From NCBI RefSeq assembly GCF_036321535.1, contig NC_087436.1, positions 92,072,001-92,136,000 of the forward strand: a stretch of DNA of 64,000 nucleotides, in the 5' to 3' direction. Under the pieces are notes generated by a model, which saw only the letters and a list, made by a program, of their open reading frames with translations, searched no databases and was not told where the DNA came from. The position numbers and the translations under genes are program-made. The stretch comes from Camelus dromedarius (Eukaryota). The stretch's first letter is position 1. The number at the start of each line of letters is the position of its first letter. Below, piece by piece: positions 25,976 through 37,303 of the stretch.

Positions 25976-27071
25976 ATTGTTGTGGCTTTCTGGGAAGCCT
26001 GGGTATGTGTTGAAATATCAGAGGCTCAATACTTCAATCAAAATTTTTCTAGTTCAGAATTCGTTTGTGTCCAGCTCTGGTTACAAGAAGAACTGCATAA
26101 CGTCAGAGCTATTAAATCATGGCTTCTCTGCATGAGTCTTTCCATAAGACGACAGGCTGCCTCTAACAGCCATGGCCCTAGACAGGATGTCAGAACGCAA
26201 GCTCCCTTTAACAAACATGAGCATTTCCTGCTCTGGATTTTTCTAACCTCCCCTGAAAGCTGAAGACCAGATGCAAAACACAACCAAGACCCAAGTGTCC
26301 ATCTGAGGCTGACAGCTGCTTTTTGTTCTCTGATAGGCGATCTCATAGTCAGTCCCGCCCCTGAACCACGGGCTCTTTGTTCGCACTCTTTCCAAAGTGC
26401 ACGTTCCAGAGCCCCTTCTTGGGCTTCTTACTGATTAAACACGTGGATAGGTCAGTGGGGGTTAATAATGCTAACACAGTGTTTTTTGAAGAGAAATGAA
26501 GCAGTCGTGCTTTGTTGCTGCTCTGGGAGCTCTCTGCTCACTGTGAGCCTGAATTTGTGCCTCACATTTCCAAATTCCCCGAATCAAGACTAATTTTAAA
26601 CAGTAAGCAGATAAAATTCTGGCTCCAGGCCCCACTTTTATTGATTTCACATCAGGACTGTCATCTTAGTTTCATTAAGTAAGAAAGTGAGTGTTCAATA
26701 ATAGGGTATTAGAGAATTCACAAAGACGTATCTCATACACTCCGTTTTTCTCGCCTGCTCTAAAAAAAAAAATAGTTTTTATCCCACATGTCCAGCTTCA
26801 CAATGCAAAACTCAAGTCGACTAAACATTTTAAAAATGTATTCCTGTTCAGAAAGACAATTTCACGCTGATTTTATCTCACCATGCTTCTGCAGAGCTGA
26901 ATACTGTAGCGACTTGGGGTAGAAATAAACATTTTAAACCCTTAGGCTTGAACTCCAAAAAATAGCAAGTGTGCCAGTAGTTATGATGCAAGTTGCCCGT
27001 CATAGGCTTGTAGATTCCTATCAACACTGGTTGGGTTCAATTGAAAAGATTTTCCTTAGCGGAATACTCAC

Positions 27072-27314
27072 CCCAAGATAATGGCCATCGATGAACACAA
27101 CAGGGAGGGAGGGAGCTTCGGAAACCCGTCGGCACCGTTCGTCTAACTCTTTTCCATAGTCACCGTTCAGAGCTATGTTTTTCTCTTCAAATTTTACTCG
27201 ATGGTTTTGGAAGATCTTTCTAACCAGCTCACATCTTTCGAAGGTTGTCCGGACCACACGAAGGCAAGTGGTATAAATCACTACGCGGTCAAATTCTAGT
27301 TCAGTTGATGGTTG
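27072..27314 (-). CDS. GRXCR1: GRXCR1 (glutaredoxin and cysteine-rich domain containing 1) internal coding exon, orthologous to human exon 2; 243 nt, 81 codons, phase 0/0
   Basis: Minus-strand translation [81 protein letters not shown] matches the GRXCR1 glutaredoxin-like domain as I recall it. Acceptor TGTTTTCCTTCAG|CAA (AG at 27316-27315) and donor GGG|GTGAGT (GT at 27071-27070). It overlaps track ORF 27021..27281. Confidence 0.97.
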
Positions 27315-27440
27315 CTGAAGGAAAACATTGTAGTGTAAATATTTTGGCGTTTGCTCTCTTATGTCTTATCATTTTAAGACAATTAATGTTTCAGCAAATG
27401 TCCAACACATTAAAGGCATGCAATAAAAGTTGAATAAGCA

Positions 27441-27610
27441 CCATATTTGTCAATTCTAAGACACATCTTTATAATTTGGAACATCTGCAATTGAGATGAG
27501 GATGACAAACAACATAATTTAAATGACATCATTTAACTGACAGTATTTTTTCTGTTCTCAGTGGCATATCAGATAATGGCATATCTTAAAATTGATGATG
27601 CCATGTGGTG
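27441..27610. mobile_element. MER104-like Tc2/mariner MITE, about 125 nt from the exon acceptor
   Basis: ccatatttgtcaattctaagacacat...tttaactgacagtattttttctgttctcagtggcatatcagataatggcatatctta follows the MER104 consensus as recalled. Confidence 0.7.
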
Positions 27611-28919
27611 GAAAATAGAATGGTTGAATTCGTTTTCTCATGTTTTGTAGACATCACTCAATTACAATATCTGCCTCTAATACCCAAAGTAAAACATGTG
27701 ACAGAACAGTCAAGGTTAGCATTTAACCATCTGAAAATTCTTCTCCTTATCAATTTACCGATTTTATAGTTTTTGAGCTACAATTTCCTGGGAATAACAA
27801 GACCTATATCATAGGATTGTTCTGAGGTTTAAGTAGCACAATGTGTGTGCATGAGCTCTGTTGAGTGACAGGGCTCCAACGTGCAGTGAGAAGGCTCTGC
27901 CACGACGAATAGAAGACTGAGTGGCTCAGAGGAAGCACGCAGAAACCAGCACCAAGCTGGGCAGTGAGAGGGTCAAAGCCAGGCGTGAAAGGGAAACAAG
28001 AAACAGAGGCAAGCGACTCTCAAAACCAGGCTGAAGATGCCTAAGGAGAAAATCTTATTTTTTTTTCTACATTTGTTTCCTGCTACATCAGAAATCAGTG
28101 ACTGCCTTCCTGGGAAGCCGTGCCCAGCACTGCTAGGGCCACATAAGATGGGTCCTGCCATCATCCTTCTCCTCCTTACCCCATTCTTACTTGAAGGAGA
28201 CTGAGCAGAACACACACAACTCTATACCATGAGATCAAGGGATATGTGAGTCTCCACAGGGCTACAGTTGTTGAAACACAACCACACAACTTGGAAACCC
28301 CTGTGAGGTCAAAACTTTGATTGAAAACCACTCCAGACAGCTAAATACTAGAACCTGAAGGTAGGATACTAAGCTCCACCACATTGCATTCAAAGAAATG
28401 GGATCACTCTTCTGATGCAAACATACAGATGGTCCTAGAAAGGTATGAAGTGATGAAAACAGTGATGCAATGGTCTCCACTTCACCAAGAGAGAGGATTT
28501 TTTTTTTTTTTCCTGATGATAAAATTTAAGAATCATTTCTTTCCTCAATAGAGTTTAGAGCTTAAGTTGAAAGCCTAGAGGCCTGGAGGGGCCAAGCAGG
28601 AGTCATAAATGCTGGAGCAGGTCAGAAGTAAGAGATATTCATGAGAGGCAGGGAGAGGGTCATTTGAAAGGGAAAAACCTAACTCAGCTTTAGGCAAGCT
28701 TCAGGCTTGCAGGCATGTCATTCAGTGTTGTCGGATATGATTATTATAAACATAAACTTGAAATCTGGATTTTTATAGGAAATTTTCTGCTTTCTAAATC
28801 ATGGCACCTCACAAAAAAATGTATTGAGACCCCTGGACCAATATATCTGAAGGCTGAATTTGGCTTACAAACTGCTATTTTATTAACATTGGGGAAGGGA
28901 GAGTTACAGGGAGGTATTC

Positions 28920-29095
28920 CATATAAACCTGGACTCTGCCACTGGCCATCTGTGTCTTTGGGAAGCTAATAAACTATTAAGCCTCAGTTTTCACATCTGT
29001 AAAATGTGGTAATAGGAGTAGCTACCTAATAGGTTTGCTAAGTAAGTGAGAATACATAAACAACGAGTGTAGGGCTTGAAATACAGTACTGTGCT
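28920..29095 (+). mobile_element. MIR SINE
   Basis: agcctcagttttcacatctgtaaaatg core. Confidence 0.85.
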
Positions 29096-29726
29096 GAGTT
29101 ATACAGCACTCCACATCGGGGAACTTTTAAGATTAAAAACACAAGCAAAAATAAGCCAATGGAAATGATTAGTGTAATTAATGACAAGAAAAGGGGGTTA
29201 TTACTTTGCATTAGACTAAGAAGCATTGTTCTTCAAAGCCTCAGGCTCCTCTTCATGTTCATGATTATGGACAAGTCAGGAATCAAGGAACTCACTGTGC
29301 CTGCTGCAGCTGTTGGAAGAGCACTGAAGTTTTCTTTTTCCTGATGATATTATTTGAGTAATTATGCATTATTTCTCTGGCTGCAAAGGCTGCTATAACT
29401 GCATTTGTTTCTACCAAAATGTGCCACTTTTTAAAATAATACACTTACTTTTGAAATATTTGATAAGAAATACACTTCCTGCATCAGAAAAAGTGGGAAA
29501 GTTTAAGATTGGACCATTCTGTTGCCACACTAACCAACTCACATAGGCTTCTTTCTGCTCATATAACAAATACTTGGTACCATTTTTCTGTCTGTCCCTA
29601 AGAGAAACACATTTGAAAAATAGTAAGAAGATGAACTCTTATCAGGTGGCCAAGTTAAATGCTGTCTAATGCAAAGAGTAATGAAAGTATCCCTTTACCA
29701 ACTGTTGAGGATGAGCTTTGCCTGGA

Positions 29727-30030
29727 ATCAATGGATCCCCAGGAGTATTGGATATCAGAATAAACTAGGGCACTTTAAAAAAAAACCCCAAAGCCCAGGC
29801 CAAGCACATACCAATTAAATCAGAATCACCAGAGTGAGGCCTCAGAATTGAGATTTTTTTTTTTTTGAAAGCTCCTATGGCAATTCTAATGTGCAACCAA
29901 GTTCTAGAGCTAGTTAGATACCAGTTGAAAATGCAGAATCATGAGCTTCACCCTAGATCTACTGAATCAGAATCTGCACTTTAATAAGATATCTGGGTAA
30001 TCTGGATGCACTTTATATTTTGGGGAGCCT
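29727..30030. mobile_element. Two adjacent MER5-family hAT-Charlie elements
   Basis: accaattaaatcagaatc...aattctaatgtgcaaccaagtt and aatgcagaatc...ctactgaatcagaatctgcactttaataagat. Confidence 0.8.
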
Positions 30031-30094
30031 TAGTAAACTCACATAGGCAGCCTGATTTAACAGAGCAACCAGGTTTACATCCTCTTAAAATAAC

Positions 30095-30640
30095 TGCTAG
30101 TCATTTATACAGTCATTAGAATAATTTATTTGCCAAACACAGTGCCAGGCACTAGATATAATGGTGAGCAAAGAATGTAACGCCCTAACAACATGGAACT
30201 CATAGTCTTAAGTAATGAAAAACTAAGATGTTACATAAACAAATACAGAATGACAGACCATTAAGTGCTGCAAAGGAAGTGCACAAGTTGTTAGGAGAGG
30301 CTGTTGTAGAAAGTGTTTTCTGGTATTTGAGCTCTGATTGAAAGGATAAGAAGGAGTTACAGAAATTAACTAGACAGAGAAAATGGGGAAGGATACTATG
30401 GTAAGTGCAATGGTCCTGAAATGGAGGAAGATGGCATGTTTGAGACCCTGAAAGAAGGTCTTTTGCTGAAACACAGGAAGGAGAATTACAGTAATACTAA
30501 ATGATTCTGGACAGGTATGCAGGATCAATATCATGTTAGATTTAATAGCCACTTTAAAGATCTAAGGGCTTTAATATAAGAGCAATGGGAAATTCCTGAA
30601 GGTTTTTAAAGAAGATGAGAAGGGTTTACATATTTTAAAA
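30095..30640 (-). mobile_element. L2 3' portion
   Basis: tcatttatacagtcatt...gtgccaggcactagatatataatggtgagcaa...catggaactcatagtct. Confidence 0.8.
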
Positions 30641-30659
30641 ATAAAGCAGGATCAATGCA

Positions 30660-30770
30660 GATAGTCATCCAGGACATGCACAGCACAAACCTAGGGAGTA
30701 TCATTATTCATATAGTGCAAACAAATGATGCCCCCAGGGTTGTGTAGTCCCCACGTGAGCAATCTGGCTC
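30660..30770. mobile_element. MER91-like hAT-Tip100 MITE
   Basis: Degenerate palindrome gcacagcacaaacctaggg...atgatgcccccagggttgtgtagt. Confidence 0.55.
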
Positions 30771-31895
30771 AGTCTCATTCCCAAATCCCTTGGTCTGGGA
30801 AACGAGATTGAATATGGAATTCAAGGTAGGAAATATGGTTATCTAGTAGAATAGGCTACTAAGTAAAATTTTCTAGAAATGATCTTATTGAACAAGTTTT
30901 GGTATGATTTGAAAGTAAATCTTTCTAGAGTTAGAAGTAGGTTGAATGATTTCTCAAGGTTGTTTCCAGTTTTATAATATGAATTTTAAATGATATTGTC
31001 TTTGGGGGAAAAAAAAAACCTCTTCTACATTTGCCTCATTTTTTCTCCCTCAACAGATTTGTCAAAGCATCTGGCCAGAAGTCTAAAAATAGCCTCTTGG
31101 TGATGAGCTGTCCCTCTTCTCCTTTCCTGAGGGTTACCATGGGAATAGCGGAATGAAGGATGGAGGCATCTGAGACAGCAATGAGAAGCCACTGGGATTT
31201 GCAGCCTGCTTGTTCTGAGAGAGCCAACCTAGATGTTAGTAAAAGCAAGCCATTTCTTCCTTACCATTGATGAAAAAAGATGAATCTTTGGTTTTCCCCC
31301 AATCCTCACAACAACCTGTGGCAAACACAGATGTGTTGACAAGGGATGGAAATCGCTGTGAACGAGACTAAGGGGTTGCTATGCAGCCAGTGTATGTCCG
31401 CAACCTGAACCTTGTCCAGCGAGAGCCACTGTGAAGCAGTAAGTACTGTAGTCACCTAGTCATCCTGGGACAATGCTGAAGCCCTCACATCCACGGGAAC
31501 TGACACTGGAATTTAGGCCAAAAAGAGTCAGCTTAGTGCAGACCCAGCAGCCCTGGTTGGAGCAGAGCCAGTCGGTTATTTCCTCTCCACCCTTTGCCTG
31601 TCCAGTCTGGCACTGGTTTGAGAAAGTCTCCTGAAATCAGGGACTCCAGACAACCCTAGGAACTCAGGTCTTAAACAAAACCAAAAAATAAAATAAAAAG
31701 TAATATTTTAAAATGTCAATATAAATAAATAACAAATAAATAAAGGCAGATATAATGTTAATAATTTTACATTCACTTAATCCTCCCAATAACTTACATG
31801 CTGTTAGTGTCTTTATTTATAGATCAAGAAACTTAAGGCTCAGAGGGAACAAGTGTCCTAGACAAAGTGAAGAGTTAAGATTACAGCAAAGCTAG

Positions 31896-32290
31896 AAATC
31901 ATGCCATTTGCAGCAACATGGATGGACCTGGAGATCGTCATTCTAAGTGAAATAAGCCAGAAAGAGAAAAAAAAAATACTACATGATATTGCTTATATGT
32001 GGAATCTAAAAAAAAAGACACAAATGAACTTGCTTACAAAAAAGAAACAGACTCACAGACACAGAGAACAGACTTATGGCTACCAGGGGGTAAAAGGGGT
32101 AGGTAGGGATAAACAGAGATTGAGATTTGCACCTTTTGGGGAGTGATGGGAATGTTAGGTATCGTGATTGTGGCGGTAGTTTCATAGGTACGTATATTAT
32201 AAAAATTCATCAAATTGTACATCTGAAATAATTGTAGTTTACTGTACAGAAAATTATATCACAACAAAGTTGTTTAAAAAAAAGAAAACA
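31896..32290 (+). mobile_element. L1 composite (younger ORF2 end and 3' UTR joined to an older-type L1M 3' terminus) inside a MIR
   Basis: MPFAATWMDLEIVILSEISQKEK is the L1 ORF2 C-terminus; the sequence switches near 32131 to cttttggggagtgatgggaatgtt...catcaaattgtac. MIR halves flank it. Confidence 0.8.
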
Positions 32291-33529
32291 AGAAAGATAA
32301 TCGGAGCCCAGATGCACAATGTCCCAAGTCCGTGTGTCTCCACTGAGCCGGCTGAACCCTTGAACCACACTGCTGTTTTGCTGTCCCTGCCCAGGATGAA
32401 GCTGTTGCCAAAATGCAGACTGCTACAGACCTAAGTCAACGCCCGTGAGATACTGTGGGTGATTTAAAGAGGTTTGCCTCTTTACTGAATTACAATCCCA
32501 CATTTAACAGTAAGTAACGTCATAGGAGGGGCCTTTTCAACCTTAGTTTTTTTTCAGTCTAAAAAGATTCCTTTGAAATGGACAAAGGGTAGAGATCTTT
32601 TTTCCTCTGTCTGAAGACAAAGAAGTGAAGTGATTAGCTCAGAGCCACTGCAGCATGTCGGAAGGCAAACTGGGACCAGACCCAGATTTCTTGATTATCA
32701 GGCATTGGGCCAATCCACTGGCTCCAGGAATCACCATTTTACATAGAAGACGCCATGCCCCTGGCAGGAATTTATCTCTCTCTCTCCCTCTCCATGCTAC
32801 TCTGTAAACCCCTCTAGCTATATGCAGATGCCGGGATGCCTCTTAACGTTAAATTTAAATAAGTTAATAATCACACACACACACAGACAAACCACCCGCC
32901 TTGCTTTCAGATCACCTTCTGAATTTTCACTCTTGCACTTTTAACTACCCTGATTTGAAAACTGACTTCATTCACACCAGGCTCATCTCCTGGCTTATTT
33001 CCGGGATATGGTTCCATTCTAACCGTATGCCCTATTCAGTTCTGAGGATCAATGGCAATTTCTGTGCCATACCCTCTCCCCACAATTTGACCACGAAATA
33101 CCAAGGGGAACTTTTCTGTGTCCCTCTGTAAGACATAGATTATAAAAATAGTTATTACAACTGTTGCATGAATCCTACATATATATACATATATATATGC
33201 AATTCCAGGACTGCAAGGGGGAACTTGGTGCAATTTTCACTTATCATAAGAGGTAAGGATTATCATCCAAATTTTACAGCCAAGGAAACTAAAGCTTGAA
33301 AATAAACTGAAGGATCCAAATACTTCAGGGGAAAAAAGGAGCAGAACCAGAATTTTAACCTGGTTCTGCCTCTTAAGTCCTTGCTCATGCCTTAGGAAGA
33401 TACTACATGATCCTCTTAAATACAATCAATCAATAGCTGGTACCATTCTAGAACTAATGGTGAATTGTACCACGGGGGGACTGTCAGACGGACTGTCCTA
33501 GAAACTCCCATTGCTCATCCCTCCACTTC

Positions 33530-33800
33530 ATTCTAATATCTCTGGTCAGATGTCACCCCCTCGGACAGATCTTCCCTCATCATCCCATGTAAAACAGACG
33601 CTTACCCTCTGACCCAGCTCTTTCCTTTAGAGCATCCAGTACTGCTGGACATTCTATTGCGTGTGTTCATTGGTTTACTGTCTATCCCCACAAATAAAAT
33701 ATAACCCCGGTGAAGCAGGAATTACTTTTATTCACTAAACTAAGAACCCAGAATATGACCTGGTACTTAGTAGATGCTCAGTAAATACATTCTGACCCCT
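33530..33800 (+). mobile_element. L2 3' end
   Basis: cagatgtcaccccctcggacagatcttccct...cctggtacttagtagatgctcagtaaatac. Confidence 0.8.
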
Positions 33801-33814
33801 TCTCCGTACATTTA

Positions 33815-34030
33815 ATGAAAACTTGTTTGAATCTGCCTCTTAGTAACTGAATAATCTTGGAATGCATAATTAATCTCTTTAAGTCAGTTTTCTTATCTGT
33901 AAAATAGACATCAATGGCTACTTCATGGGAATTTGTGAGGATTAAACTAGTGAATGGAAACTCCTTTAACATGAAGCCTGATGCATAATAAACACTCAAC
34001 CAATGGTATTTCTTTATTATTAACATCATT
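33815..34030 (+). mobile_element. MIR SINE
   Basis: tcagttttcttatctgtaaaatag...ctacttcatgggaatttgtgaggattaaa. Confidence 0.85.
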
Positions 34031-34659
34031 TTTCAAAAACGTTTTGGATACACACCAGGGTCAGCACTGTCACCACCATTATTATAACCAACAAGTCCAA
34101 ATTCACATATGTCCTCAACTTCATAAGTTTGAATGGTAAAGTTTAACATAATAATTACATGATTATCAAACAATAAATTTCTTTAATGAGTTAAATTACC
34201 ACTTACATTTGGTTGGATGTGCCATCAGTTCTGAGAGTGAAAACAATGAAGTAGAGCATGCATATAAGATGTCATTAAAATCCTAAGTTCAGGTGCCCCC
34301 TTGGTGGCGTGGAAGAAACACATGAACAGAGTATCTGCGTGCAAAGATTTCTACAGTGTGTGTTCTGTTTTCACAAGCTCCAAGATCACGTACATAAATG
34401 GATTTCATTTTATTTCAGTCATTGTACTTCATTTCCTTTAACTTTTTAGGAATTACCTATTTGTCCAAATCAATTATTGAGTTAGCTTAGACATTAAATG
34501 AAAAGTCAATGAATCTAATGAACCCTTCAAACCAAGGAAATATATTTTTCCAGAAAGTTTAACTGAAACGATACTGATTTTATGACATATCAGAGTTCAT
34601 GGAAATGAAGGTGACCCCCTCCGTAAGGAGCTTAGAAAGGGGTCATAGTTCTGTCAATT

Positions 34660-34915
34660 CAGCATTAATTAAACACAGGAAGGTTTCATTTGAAAAATCT
34701 AGAGTTTTGTTCTCTCTTTAAAAACCAGAAAATTTGACAACCCTGGTTTTGTTGGATTCCTCTCCAAAACCACACCAAGAGCTTGACAGCAACTCCTGCC
34801 TTTAGATGGTAAAGTCTCTCACTGCCACATTTAATACCATTCCCTTATATCTAGGCAATTTCTTTCAATTAACATTGTGTGCACTGCCCCTTTAAGTCTG
34901 AGTTTGTAACGTCAC
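34660..34915. mobile_element. MER102-like hAT-Charlie element
   Basis: gtttcatttgaaaaatctagag...aaaatttgacaaccctgg...cctttagatgg...tgagtttgtaac. Confidence 0.6.
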
Positions 34916-36534
34916 ATCTAGTCCATATGCTCTTTATATGGGAGGAAATTGAGACTCACAGCTTAATAATTTGAATCAAACTTTTGTTCTAGGAAGCAAC
35001 ATGGTGCAATGGAAAGAAAATCCATCTGGAGCTATTGCTTTGGCACTTAGGAGCTGCATGAACTTCCTGGGACTACGCTTTCTCTTCTTTAACATGGGTG
35101 TAGCTGTAACCAAGTACATAAGGGAGTTGTAGGATCATATGTAAAATGCACCTGAAGACACTGTAAATTATGCACACCAGCTATCCTCATCGCCTGAAAT
35201 CACACAGCTCGAAGAGCAGGGACTAGAATCGCATGGAAATCACCTTCCTAGCAAACAAAAGCCTCCCTCTTCCAATAGGAATACTTTGGTTTCTACAGAA
35301 ATTGCCACAAACATCATTTATCAGCATTTGCAATTCTGCTTGTCTCTACAGAGAAAACCAATACTAAAATGAGTGCCAAAATCATCATTTCGGGAGCATC
35401 CAATCCCAAAGTGATGTGCACACCACAGTGATAACCCAAGCAGCAAATGAATCAGAAACATCCTACAAATGAAAATATATTTTCCCTCTCATCCTATGAA
35501 AGATTCAAGTTGCAAAACCAGAAGAAACTGAACTAAAATATTGAACAATGGCGTCAGAATAATAAGTGACTAGTCCTGCCTTGACCATTTTCATAACACC
35601 TTGCATCTTTTTATTTTATAAAAAGCCAGGTGCTTTCTTAAAGGGAAAGGAGCCCTTTCCTTTCCACTCTCCTAAATCGTAAATAAAAATCCAACAATAA
35701 AAGATTAAAATTTTCCTGGATTTTCTACATCAAAGAAAATGCCTGACTAATCAGCTAAATGTCCTCAATCCTTTTTAGTGGGTTAGGGTGTGATAAGAAT
35801 CTACTTTAAAGGTTGAAATACCTGCATCTCACCTGAGCTTGCCACTTTTATAAATTCCAGTGTTATGAAGAGAAGTGATGTCAATCTCTGTGGAACTCCC
35901 AGGATAGATTAAGAATCAGTTTCAAAGCCAGTGAAAACTCAGAGGTTGAGACAACTAGACCCAGCCTCAGGCAGATCCCCCATTCCTGCCTCCTCCTCAG
36001 GCTTCCAGGGTTAACTCATCTGTCCCTCTGACTATTCTCAGTGTCATGATCCCAACCTCACCTGAGTGTACTCTTCTCCAGATTCTAAACACTGTATTTA
36101 GAGGAAGAAGTTGCTGGAGAGCATTTATGGGAAGCCTGGGAGTTGGCACCAGAAGCTGTTATATGTTTTATGAGCATTGTGTCCTTTAAATCTATAAGGA
36201 AAGTAGGTACTATCTTGGTCTTCACTTTTCAGAGGAGGATAACAGAGAAATGTGTGACAAGCCTAAAGTCAGAGAAGCAGCACGTGATGGAGCCAGTTTT
36301 CAATCTTAGTAAATCACAGAACTCAAGTCTTTAATCATAGACTCAAATCTTTAATCATAGAACCCAAATATTAAATTGTATAACTCAAATCTTTATACGA
36401 TATTCTTGGTCATGTCCTGACTCTTGAGTCTCTCAATCCTCCATCTCATTTGGTAGAGAAATAAGTTACAGGGACAGATACAGGATTTATGAATCCTAAA
36501 GTTTCATAAATATATAGGTATTTGATATAAACAC

Positions 36535-37244
36535 TGTATTAGTTTTCTAGGGCTGCTGCACCAAATTACCACAAACGTAGTGACTTAAACCAATAGAAAT
36601 GAATGACCTTGCGATCCTGGAGGCAGAAATCAAGGTGTTGTCAGGGCCACACTCCCTTCAAAGGCTCTAGGGGAGACTCCATTACCTTGCCTTTCCCAGT
36701 TCTAGAAGTCACCTGAATTCTTTGGATGTCCATCCCTTCCTCCATCTTCAAAGTGCAGTTGGCCCTTGAACAACACAGGTTTGAACTGCACAGGTCCACT
36801 TACACACAGATTTTTTTCAATAGTAAACACTACAGTACTATACCATCTGATCTGAGGTTGGTTGAATCCGTAGATGCCAAATTGCAGGCACAAAAGAACC
36901 ATGGATCAGGAGGGCAGACTATAAATTATACAGGGTTTTCCACTGTGCAGAGGGTCACTGCCTCTATGTCCCGCATTGTTTAAGGGTCAGCTGTATACTC
37001 TAACATCCTCTGTTTCCATGGTCACAACTCCTCTCTGACTCTGACCTTCGTGCTTCCTTCTTATATAAGGACTCCTGCGATTACACTGGCCCCATCCAAT
37101 AACCCAGGATAACCTTTCCACCTCAAGATCCCTATCTAATTATGTCTGCAAAGTCCCTTCTGTTGTAAGGTAACATATTCACAAGTTCCAGGAATTCAGA
37201 TAAGGAGAGCTTAGAAGTGGGGAAGACTTCATTATTGAGTCTAT
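36535..37244 (-). mobile_element. MaLR solo LTR (MLT1C/D-like), interrupted by a Tigger MITE
   Basis: tgtattagttttctagggctgctg...aaattaccacaaac and cttatataaggactcctgcgattacactggccc... Confidence 0.88.
36756..36993. mobile_element. Tigger2-family non-autonomous element (MER8-like)
   Basis: Terminal inverted repeats cagttggcccttgaacaa / ttgtttaagggtcagctg; flanked by TG and TA (decayed TA TSD). Confidence 0.9.

Positions 37245-37303
<59 letters not shown>
37245..37303. repeat. (GATA)14 microsatellite
   Basis: Read directly. Confidence 0.97.

Larger units (their letters stand above)
1..27071 (-). other. GRXCR1: GRXCR1 intron 2 (partial; probably continues past the window start)
   Basis: Begins at the GTGAGT donor. 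I saw no exon 3 (GAEKILSMNESGEL...) or exon 4 (CxxC-rich) sequence in 1-27000. GRXCR1 introns are known to span tens of kb in human. Confidence 0.8.

Noticed and set aside
27021..27281. Track ORF taken as a stand-alone 86-aa gene
   Set aside because: It starts at a GTG inside the exon and runs into the intron; the real unit is the spliced exon 27072-27314.
34292..34308. CTCF-like GCCACCAAGGGGGCACC (minus strand)
   Set aside because: A one-base insertion in the core breaks the motif spacing.
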